NCBI GenBank assembly: GCA_963760795.1
Contig: CAVXEP010000025.1
Span: 1 to 64,000 of the forward strand
Direction of reading: 5' to 3'
DNA length: 64,000 nucleotides
From: an uncultured delta proteobacterium
Lineage (GTDB): Bacteria; Desulfobacterota; Binatia; UBA9968
Position 1 is the first letter of the stretch; each line of letters starts with the position of its first letter. The translations under genes and the position numbers were made by a program. The notes under the pieces are model-generated. The model was given only the letters and a program-made list of their open reading frames with translations. It was not told the origin of the DNA and searched no databases. This document shows positions 39,218-49,610 of the stretch, one piece after another.

Positions 39218-39952
39218 TTATCGAGCCAGTTGCGTAGCTATCGAGAAATTGTCGCTTCTCCCTGCCAACCAACTCACACGGCAAGCTAGCGGCAAGTTCC
39301 GCGTATTTCTTTTGGTCAAAATCAAGACTCCCATTGTGCAGCGAGTGTTTGCTCTCGCAGTATCCGTATCCTTCGCTTTGTTATCCACTTGCGCAGAAGC
39401 GGCAACGACGCGACGAGCAAGGATGGCTACCAGGGGTTGCCACATCCAGAAGATCACGGCAGTTATGAGTGAACCGGTGGCTAAGGCGAATCCGGTCGCC
39501 TTCAGCGCCATGGCATCGGATTGACAGGCGTGCATCGTTGTCGTCTAGGCGGCGGTCGCCTCTCGTGTGCTGGAGGAAATCCGTTGCTCGGCCGCGAGAT
39601 CACCCGCTGATGGAAGAGTCGCAAGCATGCTCTGTATAGTGTTCTTTGGCAGCGTCGGGATCGCGCTGACAGCGTCACAGAAACCCCGGAACTCGATGTC
39701 GTTCTTTACCCACGCATCAAGGAGTTGAGATCGCCAATCGTTCAGAAGCTTGGCGTCAAGAAAAAAGAAGCGCCCACACAGCGGAAGAAGCAGTAGCAGG
39801 CCAGACAATGGCAAGAATGTCCAAGTGACTGCCGCCCAGCCAAGCGAACCGAGAGTGAGCACCACAACCGCAACGACGAGGTTTCGAAAATACCGGGCGC
39901 GGTTATCGATCATCTTTGTTGTCTGATCGATCGCAATCCTATAAGCAGACAC
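39218..39952 (-). pseudogene. Hypothetical membrane protein interrupted by an in-frame TAG
   Basis: ORFs 39545..39952 and 39218..39535 share a frame, separated only by TAG and two codons; multiple TM segments. Confidence 0.55.
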
Positions 39953-40008
39953 AATTCACCTTTATCTAATCAACGAATTTGATCCATGAATTTGATTCAT
40001 ACTGAAAA

Positions 40009-41172
40009 TTAGGCCACGATGCTTTTGGATCGCCGAAGCTTGTGCACGGAAGCGATTACCTTATTAATTGTGTAGTCGATTTCCTCCTCCGTGGTAAAGC
40101 GGCCCAAGCTAAAACGAACGCACGAGTAAGCTTCATCGTCGGTGAGCCCCATCGCCTTGAGCACATGGCTCGGGCCAGAATCGCCACTCGAACACGCCGA
40201 ACGCGTAGACACGGCGATGTCGTGCATATCACGGATCAGCGTTCTGGCCTCGATATCTCTGAAACCTAAATTGGCAGTATTTGGAATTCGATTTTCCCGA
40301 TCGCCGTTGATCCAGATATCGGGCAGGTCCCGCAGAAGCCCCTGTTCGAGCCGATCACGCAAGCGGCCAACCTTCTCGGCCTCCTCTCTCAATTCCTGTT
40401 CGGCGATTCTACCGGCCTCACCAAATCCGACAATACCTGGCACATTGAGGGTGCCGCCTCGCAAGCCGCGCTCTTGCCCACCGCCGACAATCAGCGGCTC
40501 CAGATCGATGCGGGGTTCGCCACCACGAACAAACAAGGCGCCAACGCCTTTGGGTCCGTAGATCTTATGGGCTGAAAATGCCGCGAGGTCGATGCCGTCA
40601 GCGCGTACATCGATTGGCATTTTGCCGACGGCTTGAGTGAGGTCGCACAGCAACAACGCCCCGGCAGCGTGGACGATGTTGCTGATTTCTCGAATTGGGT
40701 AGATCGTGCCGATCTCAGTATTCGCGGCTGTTAGAGCTACCAAGAGAGTCTTCTTGGAAGACACTGCGGTTTTTAGCCGGTCCAAGTCAATGCGTCCCAC
40801 GCGATCAACACGCAGAACCTCAACTTCGATTTCGGCGAGTTGCTGGAGCTGCCTACAAGGAGCGAGCACGGCCTCATGCTCACTCGCGCAAGTTACAATT
40901 TTCTTTCGCTGCCAATTATGCAGGCCGACGAAACCTTTAATGGCAGCATTCAAACTTTCTGTGGCACTACCGGTAAATGTAATCTCGATGGGACTGGCGT
41001 TGATAACTTCAGCGATGAGTTGGCGCGCGTCTTCCACTGCTTCCGACGCATCCCAGCCCCATCGATGATCTCGGCTGGAAGCATTGCCAAATTTATCGGT
41101 TTGCCAGACATTGGCAACCTGCAAGACGCGCGAATCAACCGGGGTAGTCGCGTTATAGTCGAGATAGACCAT
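40009..41172 (-). CDS. Group I cysteine desulfurase (IscS/DndA-like)
   Basis: YLDYNATTP, FGNASS, SAHKIYGPKGVGAL, GGGQERGLRGGT, RSACSSG, RFSLGRFTT. Confidence 0.92.
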   Translation of the reverse strand: MVYLDYNATTPVDSRVLQVANVWQTDKFGNASSRDHRWGWDASEAVEDARQLIAEVINASPIEITFTGSATESLNAAIKGFVGLHNWQRKKIVTCASEHEAVLAPCRQLQQLAEIEVEVLRVDRVGRIDLDRLKTAVSSKKTLLVALTAANTEIGTIYPIREISNIVHAAGALLLCDLTQAVGKMPIDVRADGIDLAAFSAHKIYGPKGVGALFVRGGEPRIDLEPLIVGGGQERGLRGGTLNVPGIVGFGEAGRIAEQELREEAEKVGRLRDRLEQGLLRDLPDIWINGDRENRIPNTANLGFRDIEARTLIRDMHDIAVSTRSACSSGDSGPSHVLKAMGLTDDEAYSCVRFSLGRFTTEEEIDYTINKVIASVHKLRRSKSIVA

Positions 41173-41514
41173 CGCAGCTATCAAAGCCTACCCGATCAAA
41201 AGAAATTAGAGTTAAATCTTCACTCACGGAGCAGTAATCCTCTATTTCCAAAAAAGCCTTATAGCGCCTTCTCCCGCAACTGCTTTCACTTCAGGCTCGC
41301 CGTTGAGTAATCTAGTCCTCCCCAGGCTTTGCCGATTTGACTCTATATTTCGATGCTTTCGTTCTCCCTTTTAATGCCGAGTGCAATCCCGTTGCTGCCA
41401 CCCGCCACGGGAACAACATAGGTTTCGATGCCTAAAGACGAAACTGAAGATATTTTCGGATTTTCGGCTAACCATCGCTTTGCGAGGAATGTCCTTTGAC
41501 AGGAGGATCTCACT

Positions 41515-41868
41515 TTAGCAACGATAGTGAACTGGGTTTTTTGCCGCTTCATGGCGAGCAGCGGCTAATAATTCAAGAGCCTCACGTTTAGAGATCAGTG
41601 GAAATTGTTTCTTTGTGGCGAGAAGCGCTTGTCTAAACTCATTCTCGCTAAGCCGCCCTGACTGGCTAAATAATTTTCGCTTTATGTGGTCTTCCAGGTA
41701 CCGGCATGTGAAAAGTCCCCACACCGCGCCGCCTGCTGCACCGAGTAACGTCTGGCCCCCAGCTATGCTGCCGATAGTAGCTCCAATCGCCACTTGCCCA
41801 AACACGCACGCACCGTAAGCTATCGACCGCTTATCCTCCTCAGTAAAAAGCTCGAAGTCCTCTGCCAT
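41515..41868 (-). CDS. Small protein with a glycine-zipper-like hydrophobic hairpin
   Basis: aaggag RBS; ACVFGQVAIGATIGSIAGGQTLLGAAGGAVWGLFTC. Confidence 0.7.
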   Translation of the reverse strand: MAEDFELFTEEDKRSIAYGACVFGQVAIGATIGSIAGGQTLLGAAGGAVWGLFTCRYLEDHIKRKLFSQSGRLSENEFRQALLATKKQFPLISKREALELLAAARHEAAKNPVHYRC

Positions 41869-42167
41869 GCTCTACTCCTTTTTGCAGTGAACAATAGCCA
41901 TGTTGAACACACGCCCTCCCCCGTCTTTATAATACTATTTTAAGGTCTGACTGCGTCTTAGCATACCTGCGATATATCCTGTCAACTTTCGGCTCTGGCA
42001 GCACCCCCCGGCACACCTCAGTAAGGTAATCTGAAATCCGCCGTGTGCTATTTTCCGTACCTCCATGTATTCGGCACGAATTGAAGAACGGCTTTGACCG
42101 AAGGAGCATAGAATCAGTAAATCAGAGCAGAAATCAGGGTGGCCCTTCTCTGCCGGTCGTCACGCCT

Positions 42168-42614
42168 TCACCCAGCTCGGTAGATGACCATCACTTTGCT
42201 CAATTTAGTGGGGTCACCTCGGATGTAGTTGGGGAAGCCGACCATCGGCTCCATGGCTCGCAACTCGCCTTGCTCGGTCACATCGAATGCCAATCGGGAA
42301 TGACTGAGAGTGGCGCCTACTCGCTGCACGAACATGAAGTACCCCCAGCGTTCGAGATAGCGAGTGGCGTTCGCAGGCGTGAGTGTGCCAGCCTCATAGA
42401 TATCGAAGTCTAGGCTATAGTCTCTGAGGTACTTGCCAAAGAGGTCCCAGTCGGAAGTGTTCAGCGCTCCGTTGTGGTCGCCGTACTTCTCTGCAAATGT
42501 TTCCTGGTTCGTGTTGTCCCAGTACCAGGAAATGTATGACCACGATTCCATGCAAGCTGCCCAGCAACGCCAGCTTTGGCCCTGCTTAGCAGGTGGAGGT
42601 GTAATACTAGCCAT
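42168..42614 (-). CDS. Papain-fold cysteine peptidase (C39-like/AvrRpt2-like)
   Basis: gaggag RBS; KQGQSWRCWAAC, SHSRL, RAMEP (Cys-His-acid order). Confidence 0.7.
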   Translation of the reverse strand: MASITPPPAKQGQSWRCWAACMESWSYISWYWDNTNQETFAEKYGDHNGALNTSDWDLFGKYLRDYSLDFDIYEAGTLTPANATRYLERWGYFMFVQRVGATLSHSRLAFDVTEQGELRAMEPMVGFPNYIRGDPTKLSKVMVIYRAG

Positions 42615-42954
42615 AGAAAATTCTCCTCAAAATAAGTCGATTCCGAGCGTAGTTGACTCCGCCTCCGCTTCTATATTTCCAAGGCAGTATCGGCCCAGAT
42701 GTTACAGGGGCCTCAAATATGGAAATTGCGTAGCCAATCCAGCAATAGGTATTTAACTAAGGATAGGAAATTTAACCGCCCCTTTTTCGTTGATGGGAGC
42801 TATATCGCCGAACCGGCGAGCCGTCAAGCGCACGAGTGTTTGGTGAAAACTGCGGTTTTGTTTCGGCCGGTTCGGGCGATGCAGCGGTCGGAAGCGCGTG
42901 ACTTATTCCTCGTCGGGTGCTCGCTCAAACTCAAACTATACATCATACATGCCT

Positions 42955-44192
42955 GACCCGAATGCTTCCAATTCTCTATATTTCTCGATCTGCCGGCTCT
43001 TGTTTCCAGTAAAATATTCCAGAACCGTCTCCGCCCTCAATCCTGCGATCCCCTTCCCCCTCACATAAGAACGGTAACTGCTCCATCGGCAGTCTTGCGG
43101 ACGCTCGGCTCATTTCGCTTCTACCGGGTTGAGGTGGATATAGCGGCTGACCGGTAGCAATGACCTATTTTTTTATTAATGAGACAGAACGGAGTAGAAA
43201 GTGAGTCGTTCGAAGGAGAGGAACGACATGGAAGCGAAACAGGATGGAGTCAAAAAGGAGCGGCGGATATTCACAGCGGAGCAAAAGTTCGAGATTTTAA
43301 AAGACATCGAGCGATGCCCGACGATCAAGGAAGGATTAACGAAGCACCAGTTGGCCGAGTCGGTGTATTACAAGTGGAAGGGGCAGTTGGAGGTGGGGGT
43401 GCGAGCTTCGTTGCGCAACAGCCGGCCGTTAAAGTCTGCGGATTTGAAACGATTGGAAGAGGAGAATCGTAAGCTCAAGAAGCGTTACTTCGTTACTGAA
43501 GCAGGCGCTTTTGATCAGCGAGTTAAAAAAAGAGATGAGCTTGGATTGATGGGGAGGGGGCGGCATATGGAGAGTCAGAAACAATTAACGCTTGAACTGG
43601 TAGCGACGTATCACAACCAAGGGCGCACCGTGGGTGAAGTGCTGAGCAGCCTGGGAGTGGCGCGATCGAATTACTACCGGTGGAAGAAAGGCCGAACGGA
43701 ACAATCGGCGTCTGTGATCTATGGGCATTTAAAAGCACAGGGGCGGGTCGAGCCGTATCAACGGCGTAGCGCGCCGGTGGCAAGAGCCTCGATACGAGGT
43801 GTGGCAGAGAAATCTTTTGTGAGGCAGCGACTGGACCAAACTCAGTGTCGGTGGAGCAAGGTGGTATTTGCTAACGGTGATCGATTTCTTTTCGCGATGG
43901 ATCATCGCCTGGGAAGTGATGTCCATGCTGAAAATGTCAAAGCGATTTATCAGGCGGGGCTTAGAAGCCAAAAGATAAGTTTTCTCTCGGGCGTCTCAAA
44001 CACTACGTGCATGTGGTTGGACATCAGACAATAGGCCAATAGATCGACTTTCTTTTCCTGACAGTACACGGATAGCTTTTCGCGATATCTCTTTCGGTCT
44101 TGATCATCACGGAAGATCGCTTGGCGGTTATTCCCTCCGCAAATAACGTGGTAGACCGCCGCAGGATATTCTATGCGTAGGGCTCGCGGCAT
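42955..44192 (-). pseudogene. RAYT transposase split by an IS3-like insertion
   Basis: N-term MPRALRIEYPAAVYHVICGGNNRQAIF..YCLMSNHMH (44192-43985); C-term SRYIHLNPV..RWSSY (about 43160-42955). Confidence 0.8.
43161..43985 (+). mobile_element. Degenerate IS3-family-like element
   Basis: TG-started end tgacctattttttattaatgagaca; orfA HTH RRIFTAEQKFEIL..YYKWK..LEEENRKLK; slippery aaaaaaag near 43525; eroded orfB (LGVARSNYYRW). Confidence 0.7.
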
Positions 44193-44358
44193 AAACATTT
44201 TCTACAAGAAGCAGTCCGGAATGCCATAGATTAATATATTATATTCAAGCCTGACATTGACGGTCCCCCTAAATCTGAATGAGGCTTGTGGAGCTTCTAG
44301 CGGCTACTTTCGGGGTCGTTGCAATAAACGAACTGCTCAAGTAAGTTGGTCGCTCTCA

Positions 44359-44592
44359 ATGTCCATCAAACAAATAATCCTTACTTGGTGGGCTGAACAA
44401 TGCGGCATGCGGTATCGAAAAATACGCTGGCTGGACGTTTGGCATTTCGATAAAAAATGTCTCGATTTTCCAAAGAGAGACTTTGACGAAATTCTTCACA
44501 CGCCAGAGCATGGTCGCATTTGCCAAGCGTGTGGTCATGATTGGACGTCAAAGAAGGAACGGGACACACATAAATTTGAAGCCGTTGGCTGA
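44359..44592 (+). CDS. Small hypothetical protein with CxxC
   Basis: ICQACGHDW motif; weak support. Confidence 0.3.
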   Translation: MSIKQIILTWWAEQCGMRYRKIRWLDVWHFDKKCLDFPKRDFDEILHTPEHGRICQACGHDWTSKKERDTHKFEAVG

Positions 44593-44989
44593 TAAAGCCG
44601 CTGCTCGCCGGGCTCGCGAGGGTCCGGCGCCTTAACCCAACATCATGTAGGCCACCCAGGAGAGGAATAGAGTCGGGCACCAAAATGCCGATTATCATGC
44701 AGACTATTTCGACAGGGTCCATGCCCCAAGCGTAGCGCAAATATTTCGTTGTTTAAGGGGCTATTTCCTGTCGCCGGGCATGCGCTCCCACTTGCCCTTA
44801 TTCCCGCCTTGTAGTTTATCAAAGACAAACGTCCAAGCTGAGGTGGTCGCGACTACCGTGCCTGGGGCAATCTTAGGGCACCACGCTTCGCCAATGTGCT
44901 GAAGCCCACGATACCCAAGAGGTCAACGACCTCCCACGAGCAGAACCCGTTGCAAGTGGTCTCTTGGCAGCGGATTTCGTCATGGGTGC

Positions 44990-45303
44990 TGTTCAAGCTC
45001 AAGGGCGGAGAGCCGTTCGTGTTCGCTGGATTATGGGACGCATGGAAAAAACCAGACGGCCAAACACTACGCACCTATACGATTATCACGACCGAACCCA
45101 ACGAGATGCTCGCGCCGGTTCATAACCGCATGCCTGTTATGCTTTGCGACAGCAATGCGCTTGACTGGCTTAAAGGTGGCGAGATCGAGCACGCTCTTGC
45201 CTTGCTTAAACCGTTGCCCGCTGACTTGATGGATGGCTACGAAGTTTCCAAGTTGGTGAACATTCCTTTGAACGACGCGCCCGACTGCATCACGCCAGTT
45301 TGA
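44990..45303 (+). pseudogene. SOS response-associated peptidase (SRAP) C-terminal fragment
   Basis: FAGLWDAW, TYTIITTEPN, HNRMPVML, VSKLVN; N-terminal MCGR absent. Confidence 0.8.
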
Positions 45304-45393
45304 TACCTACCCACACCTCGAATAGTCCAAGGATAAGTCGCGGCGAGTTGAATCCCTCACTTCATTGCCGTTAAATGGGGATTGAGGAAGTGC

Positions 45394-45747
45394 TTATGGG
45401 TTCTTGCCGTCTTTCTCGAATAACCAAAAGTTGATGACCTGGGTGGCGGTAGGCTGCATCGTGCTCAGGAGCTTGCCTGTGCCCTCGTAGCCCGGTGAGA
45501 AGTCGTACATCGGGATGAACGATGCCAACATGAGAATGCTATTTTTCGAATTGTCTTGATAGTATGAGTCCTGTGGGGATTTGCCAATGGCGTGCCCGAC
45601 CACCCATTTCCCTCCGCTGGCAAAAGTCGACTGGTTGAAGCTCCGCCAATTGCCCATGCCGCCATGCCTCGACGCGTTAATGACGAGGTAACCCACGTCC
45701 GTCTGGTTGTCATCATCGAGCGTGATTTTTACGCTGTATTCAGGCAC
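45394..45747 (-). CDS. Hypothetical protein
   Basis: gaggag RBS before GTG 45747; 117 aa, beta-rich composition. Confidence 0.55.
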   Translation of the reverse strand: MPEYSVKITLDDDNQTDVGYLVINASRHGGMGNWRSFNQSTFASGGKWVVGHAIGKSPQDSYYQDNSKNSILMLASFIPMYDFSPGYEGTGKLLSTMQPTATQVINFWLFEKDGKNP

Positions 45748-46149
45748 GTTGGGTCTCCTCAAAATGGTCGTTGTTGAAGAGCGCTGTTCTCTAGCCTTTT
45801 TCTATGACTGGAGCCATATCGCAAGACCGGGAGAGATGTCAATTCCTTTTTCTGCAACCCACTGTTGTGCCGGTCGGCTCGGCCGGAGAGCAGTCGGGAG
45901 GTGCGCAAGAGGTGCCTTATGGCGTCGTTCGCTCGAACTCAGAGCGAGCGGCTCCGTCGGCTTGCGTTGGTACCTGTGGTCGCGTCGGGACAATGCTCTC
46001 ACTCTCCATAACCCCCATATTCGATCTTCATTGGCCGTATCGCACGATTCCATTTTAACGTGCGAACGTGCGCTGTCTAGTATTAGACAGTCGGGACTTG
46101 CTTTATCTCGATAATGAGCGGTAGAAGAACGCTCCGATGGAGGCTCGAC

Positions 46150-46797
46150 ATGAAGCAAGCAATCAAGATACCGTTCGGGTTTATCATAGTATTGTTGCTA
46201 TCCAATTTGGCCGCCGCAACCTCCCACGAGAACGCTTCATCCGCAGTAGCGCCGCCATGCACAGTAGGATTGCAACATACGTTTGAGTACAAGAGTAACC
46301 GTAAGTTCACCAGAACTGTATCAAAGCAGGTCGGGGAGTTGTGTGTTGTCGGCAACTCCTCTTTCGATAAGCAGTGGGTGCTAGTTAAGCTGATCGCAGC
46401 TGACGGTCGTGAGATAACTTCGCCGGACATCCAATTTCCCCGTATCGGTAAAGAGTGGCTTTCATTTCCTTTAGTCGTAGGTAAAGAGTGGCAATACGCA
46501 ATGCGCACACGTCCACAAATATCAGCTAATGTAAAGTCGTATATCGATTGGTACAAGGTGGTCTCCACAGATCGAATAACAGTTCGGGCAGGTACATTTG
46601 ACACTTACAAAATTAAATGGGAGCAACGGCAAGGGTCGGGCCTCGGGGTGAGATACTTCTGGTATTCGCCTGATGCTGAATACTACGTCAAGCATCAATA
46701 TGCCCGAGACGAAAGCACCCCGTCTGACTTCTGGGTGGATATTGAAGACTACGAGCTAGTCTCGATTCGCCGTCCAGGGATCAAAGCCAAACAATAA
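46150..46797 (+). CDS. Secreted hypothetical protein (DUF3108/TapB-like beta fold)
   Basis: ggagg RBS, signal peptide, FPLVVGKEW, ITVRAGTFDTYKI, YFWYSP. Confidence 0.7.
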   Translation: MKQAIKIPFGFIIVLLLSNLAAATSHENASSAVAPPCTVGLQHTFEYKSNRKFTRTVSKQVGELCVVGNSSFDKQWVLVKLIAADGREITSPDIQFPRIGKEWLSFPLVVGKEWQYAMRTRPQISANVKSYIDWYKVVSTDRITVRAGTFDTYKIKWEQRQGSGLGVRYFWYSPDAEYYVKHQYARDESTPSDFWVDIEDYELVSIRRPGIKAKQ

Positions 46798-46831
46798 TAA
46801 ATACGGTCAGGCATTCACCCAGCAGAAATCC

Positions 46832-47532
46832 TGAGTTAGCCCCAGTTTGACGGACACCTTAGAAAGGGGGCAGAAAGCCCCTGGGAGGTGTTCGATGAAC
46901 AAGCGTAAGACCTACACATCACAGTTCAAGCGTGAAGCGGTCCGGCTGATGGAGAGCTCGGACAAGGCCGCATCCGATGTCGCCCGCCAGCTGGGCGTCA
47001 GACGCAATCAGCTCTACAAATGGAAAGAGCAGTTAAGCAAACGTGGCGCGAAGGCTTTTTCCGGTGCCGGTCGGCAGAGAAGACAAATCGATGAACTGAG
47101 TCAGCTGCGCCAGGAGTTGGCCACGGTCAAAGAAGAGCGTGACATTTTAAAAAAGGCGGCAGCGTACTTTGCCAAGGAGCTCGGGTGAAGTACGGTTTCA
47201 TCCGAGCCCATCAAGGTCAGTTCAGCGTGTCGCGCATGTGTGAGGTGCTCCAAGTCAGTCGCAATGGGTATTACGACTGGCGAGACCGACCGGAATCCAA
47301 ACGGTCCAAGGAGAACCGTATCGCGTTGAGCCAAATCCGTGAAGTCCATGCCCGTAGCCGAGAGGCCTATGGGGCACTCAAGACTTGGCGGGAACTTATG
47401 GCAAGGGGCTTTGAGTGGGGACGACACCGAATCGCAAAGCTACGACGAGCAGCCGGCATCGAGGCCAAGCGCAAACGGCGGTTCCGCATCACGACGCAAT
47501 CGCGTGCAGGCGTGGTAGCCGTTTGGAATTGA
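46832..47532 (+). mobile_element. Truncated IS3-family element (left IR, orfA 46895-47188, 5' part of orfB 47185-47532)
   Basis: IR tgagttagccccagtttgacggaca; YTSQFKREAV..ERDILKKAAAYF; MKYGFI..MCEVLQVSRNGYY..YG; DDE domain missing. Confidence 0.85.
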
Positions 47533-47800
47533 GCAACTCGCCGCGCGGGGGTAGCGAGGCGGGGTGCGGCTGGGTATGCTCAGATGACTAACGCCCCCTG
47601 ACAATCACCGGCGGACCCTCGATGGCGGCGATCATCTTCAAGCTACCGTCACAGTTCGGGCAGTGGTCGATGTCAATATCGAAGACCCGTTTGAGTTGGC
47701 TAGCCCGACTCTTGCACAGGCACACCGCGGTCCGGCATCATCCGACGAGTTTGCCCGGCAGCGCTGCGACAGATAATGCAGTAACTCAGCTGCTCGACGC
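47520..47800 (-). pseudogene. IS91/ISCR-type transposase C-terminal fragment
   Basis: QLKRVFDIDIDHCPNCDGSLKMIAAIEGPPVI on the minus strand. Confidence 0.75.
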
Positions 47801-47807
47801 GCGCGAC

Positions 47808-48823
47808 GGGTCAAATCTTCTGTTGGCAGATCCCGTAAACAATGTTCTCGATTTGATCCCTAAATCTTCTCTCCTTTTCCATCTTTGACTTGACCCAGTG
47901 ACAGCCCCAACCCACCGCTCCATAGCTTCCTAAGCCAAACAAGCTCGCCGTCTCTTGCAACGTCCTATCACAACATCGCGCCACCAGGTACATCGCCACC
48001 TTACGAGCTTGATTCTCCCTTCCCCTCGTTCCCCGTAAAATCTCCTCTTTTGCGATTCTGTACGTCTGGCTACCTGATCCCGATTACCTGCTCCGCTTCA
48101 GGCTGTAACCCTCGTCGTTCATACCGCGGATGCTCTCGCGCTAGCTTCGCTGTCGGCCCTCTTATTCGCTCGACAAACTGTTCTCCTCCCAACACCGGAC
48201 TCTGACGGCCGGACTCGTAGAACCCCTCCAGGGCTTCCTCATTTCCGGCTAGCACGAACTCGTGAAAGGCTTTCCTTCCTCCCACCTGCTCCAATACTTC
48301 CCTTACGTTGAGCCAGTTCGGCGCTCCTTTGGTTTGCAGATAATACTTATGACTACTCCAACGATAGTCCTCCGGCATTTTCACAATACCTGCGTCCACC
48401 GGATTGAGATGAATGTAGCGAACTACGGCGCTTAAGTGTTCGTCAGCGTCGATTAAAATCGCCTTGTAGCGACCTCGAAACAGGGAGCCGTCGCGCTGAT
48501 GGCTGCGGTTAAAACGTTGGGTGTACAGCCCATCGACATGGCGCATGACGCGGCTCAGATTTCCCTTCGGCGTTCTTAGACATACATGGTAGTGGTTTGT
48601 CATCAGACTATAGGCAAAAACCTCTATGCCCCACTGCTTGTTAGCTTCAGCTACGGTGTTAAGAAACGTCTGGTAGTCGTCGTCTCTTAAAAAAGTTGCC
48701 TGCCTCGCTGTTCCACGGTTCATCACATGGTAAACGGCTCCGGCAAACTGTATCCGTAATGGTCGTGACACGGCGAATACACGTATCAAAACCAAGTGTA
48801 ACTGTCAACAAAAGATTTGACCC
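47808..48823 (-). mobile_element. RAYT element: transposase with DnaA-C-like HTH (CDS 47811..48771, frameshift near 48075) bounded by 21-bp inverted repeats
   Basis: SRPLRIQFAGAVYHVMNRG, LMTNHYH, LFRGRYKA, YIHLNPV; tail RKVAMYL..TLQETASLFG; IRs gggtcaaatcttctgttggca / tgtcaacaaaagatttgaccc (19/21). Confidence 0.85.
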
Positions 48824-48902
48824 CTTTGTGTTTCCTTTTGTGTTTCTTCTCTGAATGCATATATTATAGGTAAACTTGACCTTATGATGATTGGTCACAA
48901 CA

Positions 48903-49559
48903 TCAAGCCTGAGACTTGAACCAGTTGGCTAAGGGTTCTACGATCATGGCCAGGGATTCGGCTGCGCCTTTGAAGTCATAGAAGCCCTGGGCGGTTGAGG
49001 CCACCTTGATGATTTCATCCAAACGATCGGTCCGTCCGGCTAAATGCATCAGGATCACGCAAGTGGTGAACGGATTGCGAACCACGCCCGGACCGCGGCT
49101 CAGGACGTAGTCCAAGGCGCGATTCGGAACGGAGTCGAATCCTTCGATGATCGGAAACGCTTGCTCGCGGACGTCCTTACAGATTGCAGCGGCAATTGCA
49201 TGAAAATCGATGCTTGGCGAAACCTCGAAATGGGAAGCGCTCCGAAGATTGTGCGAGGTACATGAAAAAATGAGTGGAGTCGTAAACGTGGGGTGCGCAC
49301 TCAGGCCGCACGCCTCCATGGTGTCATAGATGATACCGCCGCTGAGCGCGAATAACCAGTAAAGTCCGTAAGTCCCTGGAGGGCGGCTGCCCTTGACCTC
49401 GGCGCAGGCGATGGCGAGGTCGGCACCAGACGTCAATTTGGCCTCCAGCCGCATCTTTGTGCTAACTTTCTTCGACAACTCGCCGGGCACCTCAAGTTCG
49501 GAGAATTGGTTCTTAAGGGCTTGGCCCATCTGCTTTTTTGTATTAGCAAGATCGGACAT
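48903..49559 (-). CDS. Putative immunity protein for the Rhs toxin
   Basis: Directly downstream of and co-oriented with Rhs; aaggt RBS; no recognised family. Confidence 0.65.
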   Translation of the reverse strand: MSDLANTKKQMGQALKNQFSELEVPGELSKKVSTKMRLEAKLTSGADLAIACAEVKGSRPPGTYGLYWLFALSGGIIYDTMEACGLSAHPTFTTPLIFSCTSHNLRSASHFEVSPSIDFHAIAAAICKDVREQAFPIIEGFDSVPNRALDYVLSRGPGVVRNPFTTCVILMHLAGRTDRLDEIIKVASTAQGFYDFKGAAESLAMIVEPLANWFKSQA

Positions 49560-49610
49560 TTTTTACCTTTTTGCTATATTCCACCTGGCACGTGTTTGCA
49601 AACTCGCTCG

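Noticed and set aside
39536-39547. Pyrrolysine or stop-codon readthrough at the in-frame TAG
   Set aside because: No pyl genes or other support; sequencing error or a nonsense mutation is simpler
40009-41172. Dnd/Ssp phosphorothioation system
   Set aside because: No dndBCDE or ssp genes in the window
49587-49601. Sigma-54 promoter-like tggcacgtgtttgca
   Set aside because: GG-to-GC spacing is 9 rather than 10, and it points antisense to Rhs
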